Source: Podarcis liolepis
Lineage: Eukaryota
DNA: 64,000 bases
Direction: 5' to 3' (one strand)
NCBI GenBank assembly: GCA_965112155.1
Contig: OZ218099.1
Both the position numbers and the translations under genes were made by a program. Each line of letters starts with the position of its first letter. The stretch's first letter is position 1. The notes under the pieces are model-generated. The model was not told the DNA's origin. It worked only from the letters and a program-made list of their open reading frames with translations, and did not search any database. Positions 11,696-22,673 of this stretch are shown here, one piece after another.

Positions 11696-12424
11696 GTGGG
11701 TATCTGTATCAATGATGGGCCTCTCAGCTGTTCAGGAGTCAAGTTGAATCCAATACTGTTGGTGGGTCTAGTTTGAAGGTTTACAAACTGGTATGTGGTG
11801 CTTTTGGCTCCAAGCATCGGGGAAAAGGGAATTGCTGTGATTTTCAACGTTATCACTCTACAACAACAAAAAAGTGTTGTTCAGAAGACTGTACTATAGT
11901 CTGCAGTGTAGGAGAGCATTTTTGCTTTAAGCAATCTTGAGCTAGATGTGGACTAGATGTTGAATGTGGAGAATGGGCCCTCCAAAGTGACTGCATAATG
12001 GGAATTTGCAAAATATTAGAAACTCTTAGACCTGAAAAGTGGGAGGGGATCTGCAAGATGAGGACTTGCTTACATGGCCTGATACTACTTTCAGCTCAAG
12101 GGCACTGCTGGACATTATCTATAGCACCCCCTGGGTATGGTCTGAAGGGGCATGAGACTGTCATCTTGTTGAAGCTAAGTAGGCCTGCCCAGGATCTTGG
12201 TGGATGACCACCTGGAAAACACATTCATGCTGCTTTGAGTTTCATGATGGAAGAAAGGCAAAACATAAATATCAGCAAATTTATATATGCAGCTGAATAT
12301 AGGTCTGTGTCTTAGAAATACTGGGCAATGCTTAACAAGAATGATTTTCATGAAGTATATTAGTCTTAAGGTAGGAGAGGGGACTGTAATCTTCAATTTT
12401 TTTGTCATTTTTCTCTTTTCCTAG

Positions 12425-12558
12425 TATGTTTCATGATACCTCTGGGAAGGTTTGCTTGCTGATCCACAATGTAAATAAGAAAGATGCTGGTTGGTACACA
12501 GTATCTGCTGTCAACGAGGCAGGAGTGGCAACATGCCATGCCAGATTGGACGTGGCTA
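12425..12558 (+). CDS. MYOT: Myotilin exon, Ig2 second half (MFHDTSGKV...KKDAGWYTVSAVNEAGVATCHARLDVA)
   Basis: CCTAG acceptor, A|GTAAGT donor, phase 2/1; DAGWYTVSAVNEAG motif. Confidence 0.95.
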
Positions 12559-12640
12559 GTAAGTACTTCTTTTTTCTTCTTCTACATATATGAATGTTGA
12601 TACTACCCCCCCAAAAAAAATAGGTGAACCCAGGCCAATT

Positions 12641-12992
12641 GAAACGTGGGTGGCGCTGTGGGTTAAACCACAGAGCCTAAGACTTGCTGATCAGAAGGTT
12701 GGTGGTTCGAATCCCCGCGACGGGGTGAGCTCCCATTGCTTGGTCCCTGCTCCTGCCAACCTAGCAGTTTGAAAGCACTTCAAAGTGCAAGTAGATAAAT
12801 AGGTACCGCTCCGGCGGGAAGGTAAACAGCGTTCGATTTGCTGCTCTGGTTTGTCAGAAGCGGCTTAGTCATGCTGGCCACATGACCCGGAAGCTGTACG
12901 CTGGCTCCCTTGGCCAATAAAGCGAGATGAGCGCCGCAACCCCAGAGTTGGTCACGACTGGACCTAATGGTCAGGGGTCCCTTTACCTTTAC
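12641..12992 (+). mobile_element. Sauria SINE, near full length
   Basis: A-box/B-box (GGTTCGAATCCC) head, characteristic body, (ACCTTT)n tail. Confidence 0.92.
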
Positions 12993-13245
12993 TTAATTTT
13001 GCATACATTTGGACTGAAGATGTTGAAAGATGGAAGGTATTGATGCACCAAGTATATGAACCTGTCTAATTGGCATGATTGCCTAAACTCCCTTTATGTG
13101 TCTTGCATGTAGTACAGATGATCTTCCCTTCTGATGTAGCAAGCTGAAATGGGGCAACTTACTTGATTGGACTGTATCCCACTTTTCTCTCTCCCACTTT
13201 TTAAACAAAGTAACCTGAATTATTTCTCTTTGCTTTCTATTTCAG

Positions 13246-13421
13246 CTCACACATACAAGCCAGTTCCAAACCCCAAACCACTGAAGGTTCGACCAACTTT
13301 TAGCAAATACTTGGCACTCAATGGTAAAGGTTTAGATGTGAAACAAGCTTTCTTCCCGGATGAAGGAGAGTTTCAGCGTATGGCTGCACAGTCTGGACTC
13401 TATGAGAGCGATGAACTTTAG
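13246..13421 (+). CDS. MYOT: Myotilin terminal coding exon (...VRPTFSKYLALNGKGLDVKQAF...SGLYESDEL*)
   Basis: TTTCAG acceptor, in-frame TAG at 13419-13421; C-terminal ESDEL is the PDZ-binding type tail of the myotilin/palladin family. Confidence 0.95.
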
Positions 13422-13830
13422 CTGGCAACAGGGAAGAAACTTTCACTCCTGCAACAGACGTTTATGAACAGCACATGCAGTTAAGGGGTTATTGCGCTGA
13501 TAAGCAAACATACCTAATATATTTTTATTTATTATTTAACTCCTGCTCTTAGTTCTGCTGTTGTGATTATACTAAGTCTGATTTTTATAAATATGTGTGA
13601 CTGTAGCAAGAAGGAGATCCAAATGTTTGTATTTTTAATTTTAAAGGCCAAGAAACAAGGCCAGTGGATGATCATGAAAGTGTAGATGGTTTGAATGCAT
13701 CTAGATTCAGTCACAATATTTTTATTTGTACTGCTTTGTTAATACCATGCCCCATAGTATTATAATTTTCTGCTGCCTGGCTATTAAACATAACTTGAGT
13801 GCTTTTAATGAAAGTTTTATGTCTGATGCA

Positions 13831-13836
13831 AATAAA
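13831..13836 (+). terminator. Probable MYOT polyadenylation signal AATAAA
   Basis: AATAAA about 410 nt after the stop, followed by a GU/U-rich stretch (13860-13910). Confidence 0.6.
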
Positions 13837-16032
13837 ATTTTAAATATAAGACTTGTCATGTGCTTTATCCTTATAAGTTTTGTGAGTTGTTGTTTTATTA
13901 TTATTATGTGAGCTTTGGGTACTCTCTGTTACAGAAATTCTCAACAAAATTGTCATAAACAGTACTTGACTAAAGAAAATTGTCATTAGTATTTGAGTTA
14001 AAGCCAGACAAAGAAGAGAGCATAAAAATAAATCTGAAGGAACTGCACAACTATCGTCAGGCCATAAACAATACAGTATGTTGAATATTTATTTAATTTG
14101 TATTCTGCATTTCCAAAAGCACTCAGGCTGGCAAATATCAAAACATGAAACAGTGCAATTTAAAATAAAATAGAAAGAACATAAAAAATAATATTTAAGA
14201 TAAAGTAATATTTTAAATAAAATGATATAATAATATTAAAAACATTAAAAAATTCAGCATTGCATATTTTTAAAAAATCAGCATTCCATTTGCTCTTATG
14301 AACCAATCTTTTGATGCTACATTTTGGGGTATGTTGGCTGGTTTCACTGGCCTGGTTTGCTGCAGTGCCATGTTGAGCTAAGTCATGGTTTGGCTTAGCA
14401 TGTCCAAACCTGGGCTCATATTCTCCCTGGGGAAGAGCAAAGTTGCCATGATCTCCTCTCTGGGTGCTCATAGATTTTAAGAATTAGTCCGCTGGATAGC
14501 AAAACTTCAGACATAAGGAAAGTAGACGATGGAAGAGTTTTCAACTCCCCCAGTGTCTTGCTTTTGCTTTTTTAGAACCCTACTAGCTTCCGTTAAAAAT
14601 ACTAAAATAGTTAACTAAAGTGCTGGATTCACTGTAATTAATGAGTTTTGACAGACTGAAGTAAAGTCAGCTTCCTGCAGATTGTGAAAGCAAAGTCTAA
14701 GTGATTTTAAACCCTTGCATTCAGGCTATAATAACTTGCAAGACATTGAATGTACTGCTGCATGACACCTTCAGTCTCCAAGCTGTGGGGTTCCAGATGC
14801 TCACCCCAGGGTTCATGTTTCCTTTTGGAAATGAGGCCCAGCAGAGACTGTGGTGTCTTTATGACATATGGTTTATTTACACAAAAACAACCTGAGCCTA
14901 TGATGGAGAGGTTCACAGCATTAGTACTCAAAGAGGGTCTTGCTTTTCCCCTAGGTGCAGATTTGGATTCAAACAGACATCAAACATCCTGCACTTACCC
15001 TCTCTCCAGCTTGCTACCTTTACCAGACTGCAAGCTTTTCCCTCCAGCTCACGTCCAAGCCAACTTTAGGACTCTACTTCAGACTCTGGCTTTGTCTTCT
15101 AACTAACTCCCATTTGCCATTTGGCACAGAGCATCCTCTCTTTGGCGTTCCTCATCAGCTTCCTTTTGTTCTGGCTTATATTTTAAAATACTGGACCCAG
15201 GAATTTAGGGGAATTTGGTACCCACAAACTCATAATACTACAAATACCATGAGCTTTCAGAATCTTTTTATTTTATGGATGTGGTTTGTAAGAAACACTT
15301 GAAGTAGCATCGTTCTAGGTACTCCCTAGGCTGAGCTGCTCTTAAATCCCCCTTCCGTGTGCTGAGTCATAGATTCCTTGGAGTGGAATATCTCTAATAG
15401 TTAACCATTAACATGAATAATAAGAAAAATTTTGTGAGATACACAGGCTGAGACTTTTAGGACTTTTCTCAAAGGCAGCTATTTCATAATTGGGCCCCAG
15501 CAACGTGGTTCTTGCAGCTCCATTCCATCTCTGCCCTCCCTCCATTGGTCAGCCATCTGTGCCCATGGAGCATACCCATAGGCAGTGTTGGGCTTCTTTC
15601 TGCTCCATTTAGGTCTCCTCACTCCTGTTTCTGTAGGTGGAGGACACAGCTGCACTGAATTATTTAGTTGCTCCATTGATGTCCACAGACAGGTCTCTTC
15701 TGGGCCTGGAGGCAATGAAAACTATCTTGTGTGAACCAAGAAGTGACATGCAGGAAATGAGATGCTTCTTTCTACAGTTTTTATATACAGTATTTCTCTG
15801 TTCCCATCAAGAGTCTCTCAACATTCTATGCCACTGAATTAATGGAATGAGTTGGTTTGTTCCTGGTGGGGTGGAGGTAAGGAATCCACACAGGGGTTTT
15901 TCTGCCAATTTTTCTGTACTTATTTATACCTTGGGGTTAGTCTGTACCTGCCAATATTTCTCAGTATTTCGTGTGTTGGGTGTGGTTTTGGCTGCATAAG
16001 CATGAGCACAGGAAGACTCAATATAGAATATA

Positions 16033-16385
16033 AGGTAAAGGTACCCCTGCCCGTACGGGCCAGTCTTGACAGACTTTAGGGTTGTGCGCTCATCTCACTC
16101 TATAGGCGGGAGCCAGCGCTGTCCGCAGACACTTCTGGGTCACGTGGCCAGCGTGACAAGCTGCATCTGGTGAGCCAGCGCAGCACACGGAACGCTGTTT
16201 ACCTTCCCGCTGGTAAGCGGTCCCTATTTATCTACTTGCACCCGGGGGTGCTTTCGAACTGCTAGGTTGGCAGGAGCCGGGATCGAACGACGGGAGCGCA
16301 CCCTGCCGCGGGGATTCGAACCGCCGACCATGAGATCGGCAAGTCCTAGGCGCTGAGGTTTTACCCACAGTGCCACCCGCGTCCC
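16033..16385 (-). mobile_element. Sauria SINE, young subfamily, with 15-bp TSD
   Basis: Full head GGGACGCGGGTGGC on the minus strand; TSD TCAATATAGAATATA at 16018-16032 and 16386-16400. Confidence 0.92.
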
Positions 16386-16432
16386 TCAATATAGAATATA
16401 GATAATAATTTATCATATATTGTATATTGCAT

Positions 16433-16547
16433 TAGTAGATAGGTAGCCGTGTATCTGAAGAAGTGTGCATGCACACGAAAGCTCATACCAAGAACTAACT
16501 TAGTTGGTCTTTAAGGTGCTACTGGAAGGAATTTTTTTTTTTTTATT
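16433..16547 (+). mobile_element. Short Penelope-like element (pLTR) fragment flanked by a 13-bp direct repeat
   Basis: TTGTATATTGCAT at 16420-16432 and 16548-16560; sequence AGGTAGCCGTGT...TAGTTGGTCTTTAAGGTGCTAC recalled as a reptile Penelope terminus; T-rich end. Confidence 0.7.
16451..16488 (+). ncRNA. Minimal type I hammerhead ribozyme motif
   Basis: GTAT-CTGAAGA-A-GTGTG(CATG)CACAC-GAAA-GC-TC-ATAC: both catalytic boxes, stem II, stem I (GTAT/ATAC) and palindromic AGCT stem III. Confidence 0.72.
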
Positions 16548-17599
16548 TTGTATATTGCATGGCATACAACATAATCATAACACTATATAATCCATGAAAA
16601 CACAAAGTACATTTCTAAAAAAAATTGCAACCAATGCTTAAAGCAAGGAAAGCAAGGAAAGTCTAGCAAAAAGCATAAAAAGCTACACATTAAAACTAGC
16701 GACAATAAAGATCAGTGTTACACATTAAAAGCCCAACCATGTAATAACTTACATTATACTGTATGTTTTTAGTTTTAAAAGTGTAAAGTGGGATTATACA
16801 TCCAAGAAATAACGTATGACAATTCAAAAATAGTGAAAAAGTTCATGCAGGTTCTGTGTGCACCTGTTTAGTATCAGGGTGCCTCAGTCATTGTGATTGT
16901 GTGTCTAACTAGAGGCATCTTAATCTCTGAAGCACAGAAGCAATGTGTATCAGAAGCAATGTGCTGGAAAAGGTGGGGTGACAAAATGGATATGCTGTCC
17001 AGTGACTTTGTTCCACACAAATTCATACAGGCAAGAGAAATATGCTTTGGGTTTCTATAGGGCAGATTTCCACATTTTAAAAAATCTGTCATTGCAGATC
17101 GGGCCAACTAAGGAATCCAGGTGCATGAAGAAATATCTGACATGAGGTTGGAAACTAGTTTCAGACTTAATAGATATGCAAAACCCTGCTGGAAAATGGC
17201 AATTGTAGTAGGATGCTGTGACTCAGATATTTATTTCTGATTTATGACTGCTCACAGGGATGCTGGGACATTCCATCTGGAGATATTTTCAAACACCTAA
17301 TCCTTTCCCACCTGATCTTACTTATGAACTTGCTCTATTAAAGTTATTTCTGTCTTCAGTAAGAAGTGGTTTCTGAATATTTAAAAACCCAAAATTACAG
17401 AGAGAAGACAGGAATCAGCAAGAAAGCAGATGATGCATATTATTATACTTTATAAAGATAATAATATAATATTTTAGAGATCAATGGCATGATTTGAAAC
17501 ATCCACATCAATTAACCTCCCAATATTACTGGCAGGATGAAGCTCTTCCAAATTCAGAACTTTCCAGACAGGCTGATTAAACATAGTATGCCGTCAAAT

Positions 17600-17760
17600 A
17601 ATAGTTGCTGGGAATCACAAATGTGGAATGTGTTGTTGCGTTCATGTCATACTTTGTGACCTTCTCACAGAGATATTGTTGGCCACTATTGAAAACAGGA
17701 TGCTGGACAATGACAGGGCTTTCAATCCATAAGAAGATCCAGCAGACCTCTTTTTATACA
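17600..17760 (+). mobile_element. Degraded CR1 LINE 3' end
   Basis: GTTGGCCACT...AACAGGATGCTGGAC...GATCCAGCAG motif shared with 42480-42660. Confidence 0.5.
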
Positions 17761-18043
17761 GTATTATTAAAGCAGGCTTGGGCTTCTGTAATTTTATATT
17801 GAGAAGAGGGGATTTTGGCAGGTGGAGCTGCTGGTTTTAGATATGACCAGCTCCACTTTGGAAATCCACACAATTCCCAAGGCTGTAACCTTAACTTATG
17901 CTTTCTTCCTCGAACGAGTCCCATTCAGCAACATGCGGCTGACTTCCGAGCCCTGATGTGCAAAAAGGTAGGAGCCTCGGCCACCTGTGCACTTGGCGAG
18001 CTTCCTTAACTGCAAAATGAAGTTTATACCGAATGTTATATTT

Positions 18044-18175
18044 GAGAGCCAAAGTGGACCTGGGAAAAACCAATGTTCAAATCCCCACTTGGGCATGAAG
18101 CTCACTGGGTGACCTTGGGCCAGTCACTAACCTACCTCCCTCACAGGGTTGTCGTGTGGATTAAATGAGGAGGGC
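18044..18175 (+). mobile_element. Squam3-like (CORE-type) SINE fragment just upstream of the PKD2L2 promoter
   Basis: GTTCAAATCCCCAC..CATGAAGCTCACTGGGTGACCTTGGGCCAGTCAC..CTCACAGGGTTGT. Confidence 0.7.
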
Positions 18176-18309
18176 AGAGCAATCCCGCTCAGAAGTATGC
18201 CTCATATTTTTCCATGGGCTTACTCTCAGGGTGGCAGGTTTATTTCCCCACGGGAGTGATGGGTTAAGGGGGTAGCATTAATATGTATGCATCCCCAGCT
18301 GTAATCCAT

Positions 18310-18720
18310 CTTTGTGGGGCGGAACTTGTGGTGGGAGCCCTACTGCCCGACGAGGCACCTTGGCGCGGTAAAGCGAAGGCGCGTCGCGTGTAGAGAAGCA
18401 GCCTCTACCCCGCCAAGGCAGTCGGCCCGTTCGTTACTTCGAACCCGGCGCGGGGCGGGGGCGAGGCAAGCGCCCCGCGAAGGGAAGCGGCTCCTCTTCT
18501 CCCTCCCGAGAGTCGCCATGGCTGTGTCCACCCAGGACTCGTCCGTCCTAGAGCGGCGAAGCAGTTTCGGTGAGTAGTAATGGCTGGTGGGGCGGAGAGC
18601 CCAACTGTCGGGTAGAGGGCCGAACTAGGCCTCTGGTCGCTGCCTCAGCGCCTTGACTGGTCTCTCCCCCACGTTGCCTCTAGTCAGGGCCACAGGCCGC
18701 CCAGTCCTTAGCTTCAGGGC
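18310..18720 (+). promoter_or_regulatory. CpG-rich promoter / first exon region of PKD2L2
   Basis: Local CpG enrichment, GC boxes (GGGGCGG near 18316 and 18451), strong Kozak GCCATGG at 18515-18521. Confidence 0.75.
18518..18569 (+). CDS. PKD2L2: PKD2L2 exon 1 (MAVSTQDSSVLERRSSF)
   Basis: Kozak ATG in the CpG island, G|GTGAGT donor, phase 1 matches exon 2. Confidence 0.8.
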
Positions 18721-19556
18721 GACATTGCCATTCCCACTACTTCCTATTCCCTGCCGAATGATAATACAGCACTTATTCTTCTTATGATGGAAGGTTTGGA
18801 AGAGGGAGGAGGAGGAGACGCCTCCCAAGCTAGGCCTGAGGACATGGAGTAAAAAAATAAATAAACCAGAAATGCCGCTGCTGTTCAAAACGTAGATACC
18901 ACTTCGACGACGCCAACCCCCCCACCCCAAACCATTTCTCCACAGTCCCATTGCAGGCAACGTGGCTTGACAAGGTGTCCGCATACCTTCCCTCCCCATA
19001 CAATCAAATTCATACATTTTGTATGAGGAGCTTAAGGAAACAAGTACGTAGAGACTAGTTTGATTGCACCAAATGGCATTTGGTTCCTAGCAGGAATAGC
19101 CAGGCAGATGCTACTGGCAGTTCAGAAGCAGGGCATGCAGGCGCTCCTGTTTAACTCAGTGAGGCTTTCTCCTAGGGAAGTGCAGCTAGGTTTGCCATGC
19201 ATTTTAAAGTACATGATTCCTCTCAAATAATTCTGTGAACTGTAGTTTGTTAAGGGTGCTAGGCATTGCAGCTCTGCGCAAGGTAAACTACAGTTTCTAG
19301 GATTCGGGGGGTGGGGGTGTATTATAAATGTATGGCACATAGATAGCCTTACTTGCATTCAGCGCTATCAGAAGCTAGTTGATATATTTACGTTTATATC
19401 TGTCTTTTACCACAGTCTACAGATAATTGAATATTTATTTTTCTGCAATGTAGAAGCGCGCTTTTGTTTGGTTAGGTTTGATCATTCATACCGCAAACTT
19501 TTAATTAGTTTTTCACATTTTCTTTGTGTTCTTTCTGAAAACTTCATATTTTATAG

Positions 19557-19658
19557 GGAGTATTAAACCTCGACTGACTCATAGCAGAGAACTTGAAATG
19601 AGAACTACCTTTCAAGAGCTACTGATTTACATAATTTTCCTTACAGATCTATGTATAT
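19557..19658 (+). CDS. PKD2L2: PKD2L2 exon 2 (SIKPRLTHSRELEMRTTFQELLIYIIFLTDLCI; S1 helix)
   Basis: ATAG acceptor, T|GTAAGT donor; TTxxELLIYxIFL motif of TRPP S1. Confidence 0.92.
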
Positions 19659-20316
19659 GTAAGTCCATGGGGAAAAGGGGATTGTTGACATGCAAATGCT
19701 GCTCTCCCCCCCCAAAAAAAACATTTCATGAGGTGCAAATAATGAATTACTTAGTTTGCAAGCCTATGCAACTTGAAAATGGTATAAATGTAGGGTGGGG
19801 TGAGGAACCTTAGGCCCGGGAGCTGAAGGGGCTCCTCAAAGCTTCTCTACCCAGCCCTGGGAACTCTGTCCAGCCTACAGTCCTCACTGGATGAGTTTCA
19901 CAACCTACTTGAACTGTTCTTGAACTGTGTCTTTTAAGTGTGATAAAGCCTCTTGTTTGCCTAGGACGATGATGGAGGTGTGGATGTGAGCTAATGGTTC
20001 CTCATCATGGGGGGAAAGTGACAAGTGGGCCCATTGTTGTTCAATATCTTTATAAATGACTTGGATGAAAGTGTTGAGGGGATGCTAATCAAATTTGCAG
20101 ATGATACCAAACTGGGAGGGGTAGCCAATCCTGCTGAGGACAGAATCCGGATTCAATATGAGCTTAAAAGATTGGAGAACAGGGCCAAAACTAACAAAAT
20201 GAAGTTCACTAGAGACAAATGTAAGGTTCCACCTGTACACTTAGGCAGGAATAGCCAGCTGCACAAATAGAAGATGGGGGACACCTGGCTTCCCAGTAGT
20301 ACATGTGAAAAGGATA

Positions 20317-20542
20317 CAGTGGTACCTCGGGTTACATACTCTTCAGGTTACAGACTCTGCTAACCCAGAAATATTACCTCGGGTTAAGAACTTTGCTTCA
20401 GGATAAGAACACGAATCATGCTCCGGCGGCACGGCAGTAGCAGGAGGCCCCATTAGCTAAAGTGGTGCTTCAGGTTAAGAATTGTTTCAGGTTAAGAACA
20501 GACCTCTGGAACGAATTAAGTTCTTAACCCGAGGTACCACTG
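20317..20542. mobile_element. Tigger/pogo-like MITE nested in CR1
   Basis: TIR CAGTGGTACCTCGGGTTA / TAACCCGAGGTACCACTG, TA TSD. Confidence 0.88.
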
Positions 20543-20707
20543 TATAGAGATCTAGTAGACCAGAAGCTTAACATGAGTCGATAGTGTGATACAGCAACAA
20601 AACAGCGCTAATGCTATTCTAAGCTGCATCAGCAGAAGTATAGTGTCCCTATCAAGGAAAAAAATAGTCCTGCTCTATTCTGCCTTTGTCAGACCATACC
20701 TGCAGTA

Positions 20708-20955
20708 CAGTGGTACCTCGAGTTACAAACGCCTCAGGTTACAAACGCTTCAGGTTACAAATTCTGCTAACAAATTCCAAGGAAGAGTTACCTTGAGTTG
20801 AGAACTTTGCCCTAGGATGAGAATGGAAATCATGTGCCGGCGGCGCAGCAGCAGCAAGAGGCCCCATTAGTGAAAGCACGCCTCTACTTAAGAACAGTTT
20901 CAGGTTAAGAACAGAACTCCAGAACAAGTTAAGTTCATAACTAGAGGTACCGCTG
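20708..20955. mobile_element. Tigger/pogo-like MITE nested in CR1
   Basis: TIR CAGTGGTACCTC / GAGGTACCGCTG, TA TSD. Confidence 0.85.
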
Positions 20956-21462
20956 TACTGTGTCCAGTTCAGGGCACCACAATCTAAGATGGATATTGAC
21001 AAGCTGGAGTATATGCAGAGGAGGGTCACCAAGATGATCAAGGGTCTGGAAACTAAGTCTTGTGAGGAACAGTTGAGGGAATTGGTTATGTTTAGCCTGG
21101 TAAAGAGGAGACTTAGAGGAGATATCTATCTTCAAGTATCTAAAGGGGTGTCACATGGAGGATGGAGCAAGCTTGTTTTCTCCTGCTCCAGAGACTAGGA
21201 CCCGAAGCAATGGATTGAAGTTACAACTTCCTGATAGTAAGAGCTGTTCAACCGTGGAACAGACTCCCTTGGAAGGCAATGGACTCTCCTTCCCTGGAGT
21301 TTTTTAAGCAGAGCTAGGATGACCATCTGTCATGTATGATCTAGTTGAGATTCCTGCATTGTAGGGGGTTGGACTAGATGACCCTCGGGGTCCCTTTCAA
21401 CTCTACAATTCATTGATTCTCTGTAGAACACTGCATTGCAAGAGCTGCATATTTTCCATATA

Positions 21463-21968
21463 CTGTATTTTTACGTGTATTAGATGAGGTTTTTTTGACC
21501 CAAACATTATGTAAAAAACCTGGGGTCTCCCTATACACGGATAGTGGCGTGGGGGGGGGGGTAAGCTGCGCACTGCCAGCCAGCTGGTTGGGGAGTGCGC
21601 AGCTCTCCCTCATGCCACTGTGGGAGGAGAGCGTTTCCTGCAGCAGCATGGAAGGGAAGCTGCGCCTGCCAGCCATCTGGTTGGTGGACATGCAACTCTC
21701 CCCCATGCTGCTGCGGAAGCGTGCGCTCTAGGGAGCGTTCCACAGCAGCTGGGGGAACTGCGCAGCCAGCTGGTTGGCGGGTCTGTGCTCTAGGGAGCGT
21801 TTCTGCCCGCGGTGGCGTGGGGGGAGCGGCTATCCACTTTGCCAACCCCCAGCAACTGTGTGCAATTAACCCTTAGAAATGCTTGACAACTTTGGGCCAC
21901 TCCCCTCATTTCCTTTAAATTTAGTCCCCCAAAATACATGGGGGCGTCTTATACACAGAAAAATACGG
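21463..21968. mobile_element. Non-autonomous Tc1/mariner (Tc2-like, CCGTATTT-type TIR) element with GC-rich repetitive interior
   Basis: TA-CTGTATTTTTACGTGTAT...ATACACAGAAAAATACGG-TA; internal repeats of GGGAGCGTT..C and CAGCCAGCTGGTTGG. Confidence 0.72.
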
Positions 21969-22139
21969 TAACTGAGGTGATAACTGCCTATTTGATCATT
22001 CTGACCTATTACTAAGACTCCAGTACTTTTGTTTTGGGGTCCTACTAATAAACATTAGGTGTTTGATGTTTGCTAATATGAAGTGTCTTCCCATTTCTCT
22101 TTGTTGCTTAGGATTTTATCCTGATTTCTTTCTTTTTAG

Positions 22140-22273
22140 TGACATTTGGAATGGTGAGCACAGATATGTATTATCTGAACAAAGTTATGGCAGATCTCTT
22201 TCTAGAAACCCCTCTGTCAGATAATGATCATACAGACTTCAAGTCTATGAGCAGCATTGCTGACTTTTGGCAG
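22140..22273 (+). CDS. PKD2L2: PKD2L2 exon 3 (LTFGMVSTDMYYLNKVMADLFLETP...IADFWQ)
   Basis: TTTTTAG acceptor, CAG|GTAAAG donor; LTFGM...YY..KVM..LF...DFW polycystin motif (not in the ORF track). Confidence 0.93.
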
Positions 22274-22673
22274 GTAAAGGTTGTTGTTTTTTAAATGAGA
22301 AAAACATAACTTGATGATAATAAAAATAAACCTGATTTTTGGCACAGGTTTTTGTAGACACATGGTTTCTGTAATCTGCTACTGTCCTATCACCACTAGA
22401 CTGTTTCACACTATAAAGTTAAGGGTAGGTTTGGGTACCCTCAGAAACCTGCCTCGATTGTTGGGAAAGAGTTTGGGGAAAATACATCAAGAGATATGTA
22501 GCAGTAAAGTTGGGGACTTGACTTTTTAATTTTTTTGGCATTAAGTCCTGCCAGGTAGCAGAACTTATATGACTTACTTACTCTACTTTTTATCTTGCTG
22601 TCATCACAATTTGTTGCTATCTGGGATTAACACCATATTGTACCTTGGCGTAGTGATAATCGATTTTGGATTA

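Larger units (their letters stand above)
20025..21420 (+). mobile_element. 5'-truncated CR1 LINE (RT C-terminal part plus 3' UTR), interrupted by two MITEs
   Basis: GPLLFNIFINDLD...IKFADDTKLGG RT motifs; KLEYMQRRVTKMIKGLE; 3' end GGGGTTGGACTAGATGACC...ATTC; stops and frameshifts. Confidence 0.9.

Noticed and set aside
12641-12725. tRNA-like A/B boxes (also near 16310-16385, 37025-37105 and 53107-53180)
   Set aside because: These are SINE heads; no complete cloverleaf, so not tRNA genes.
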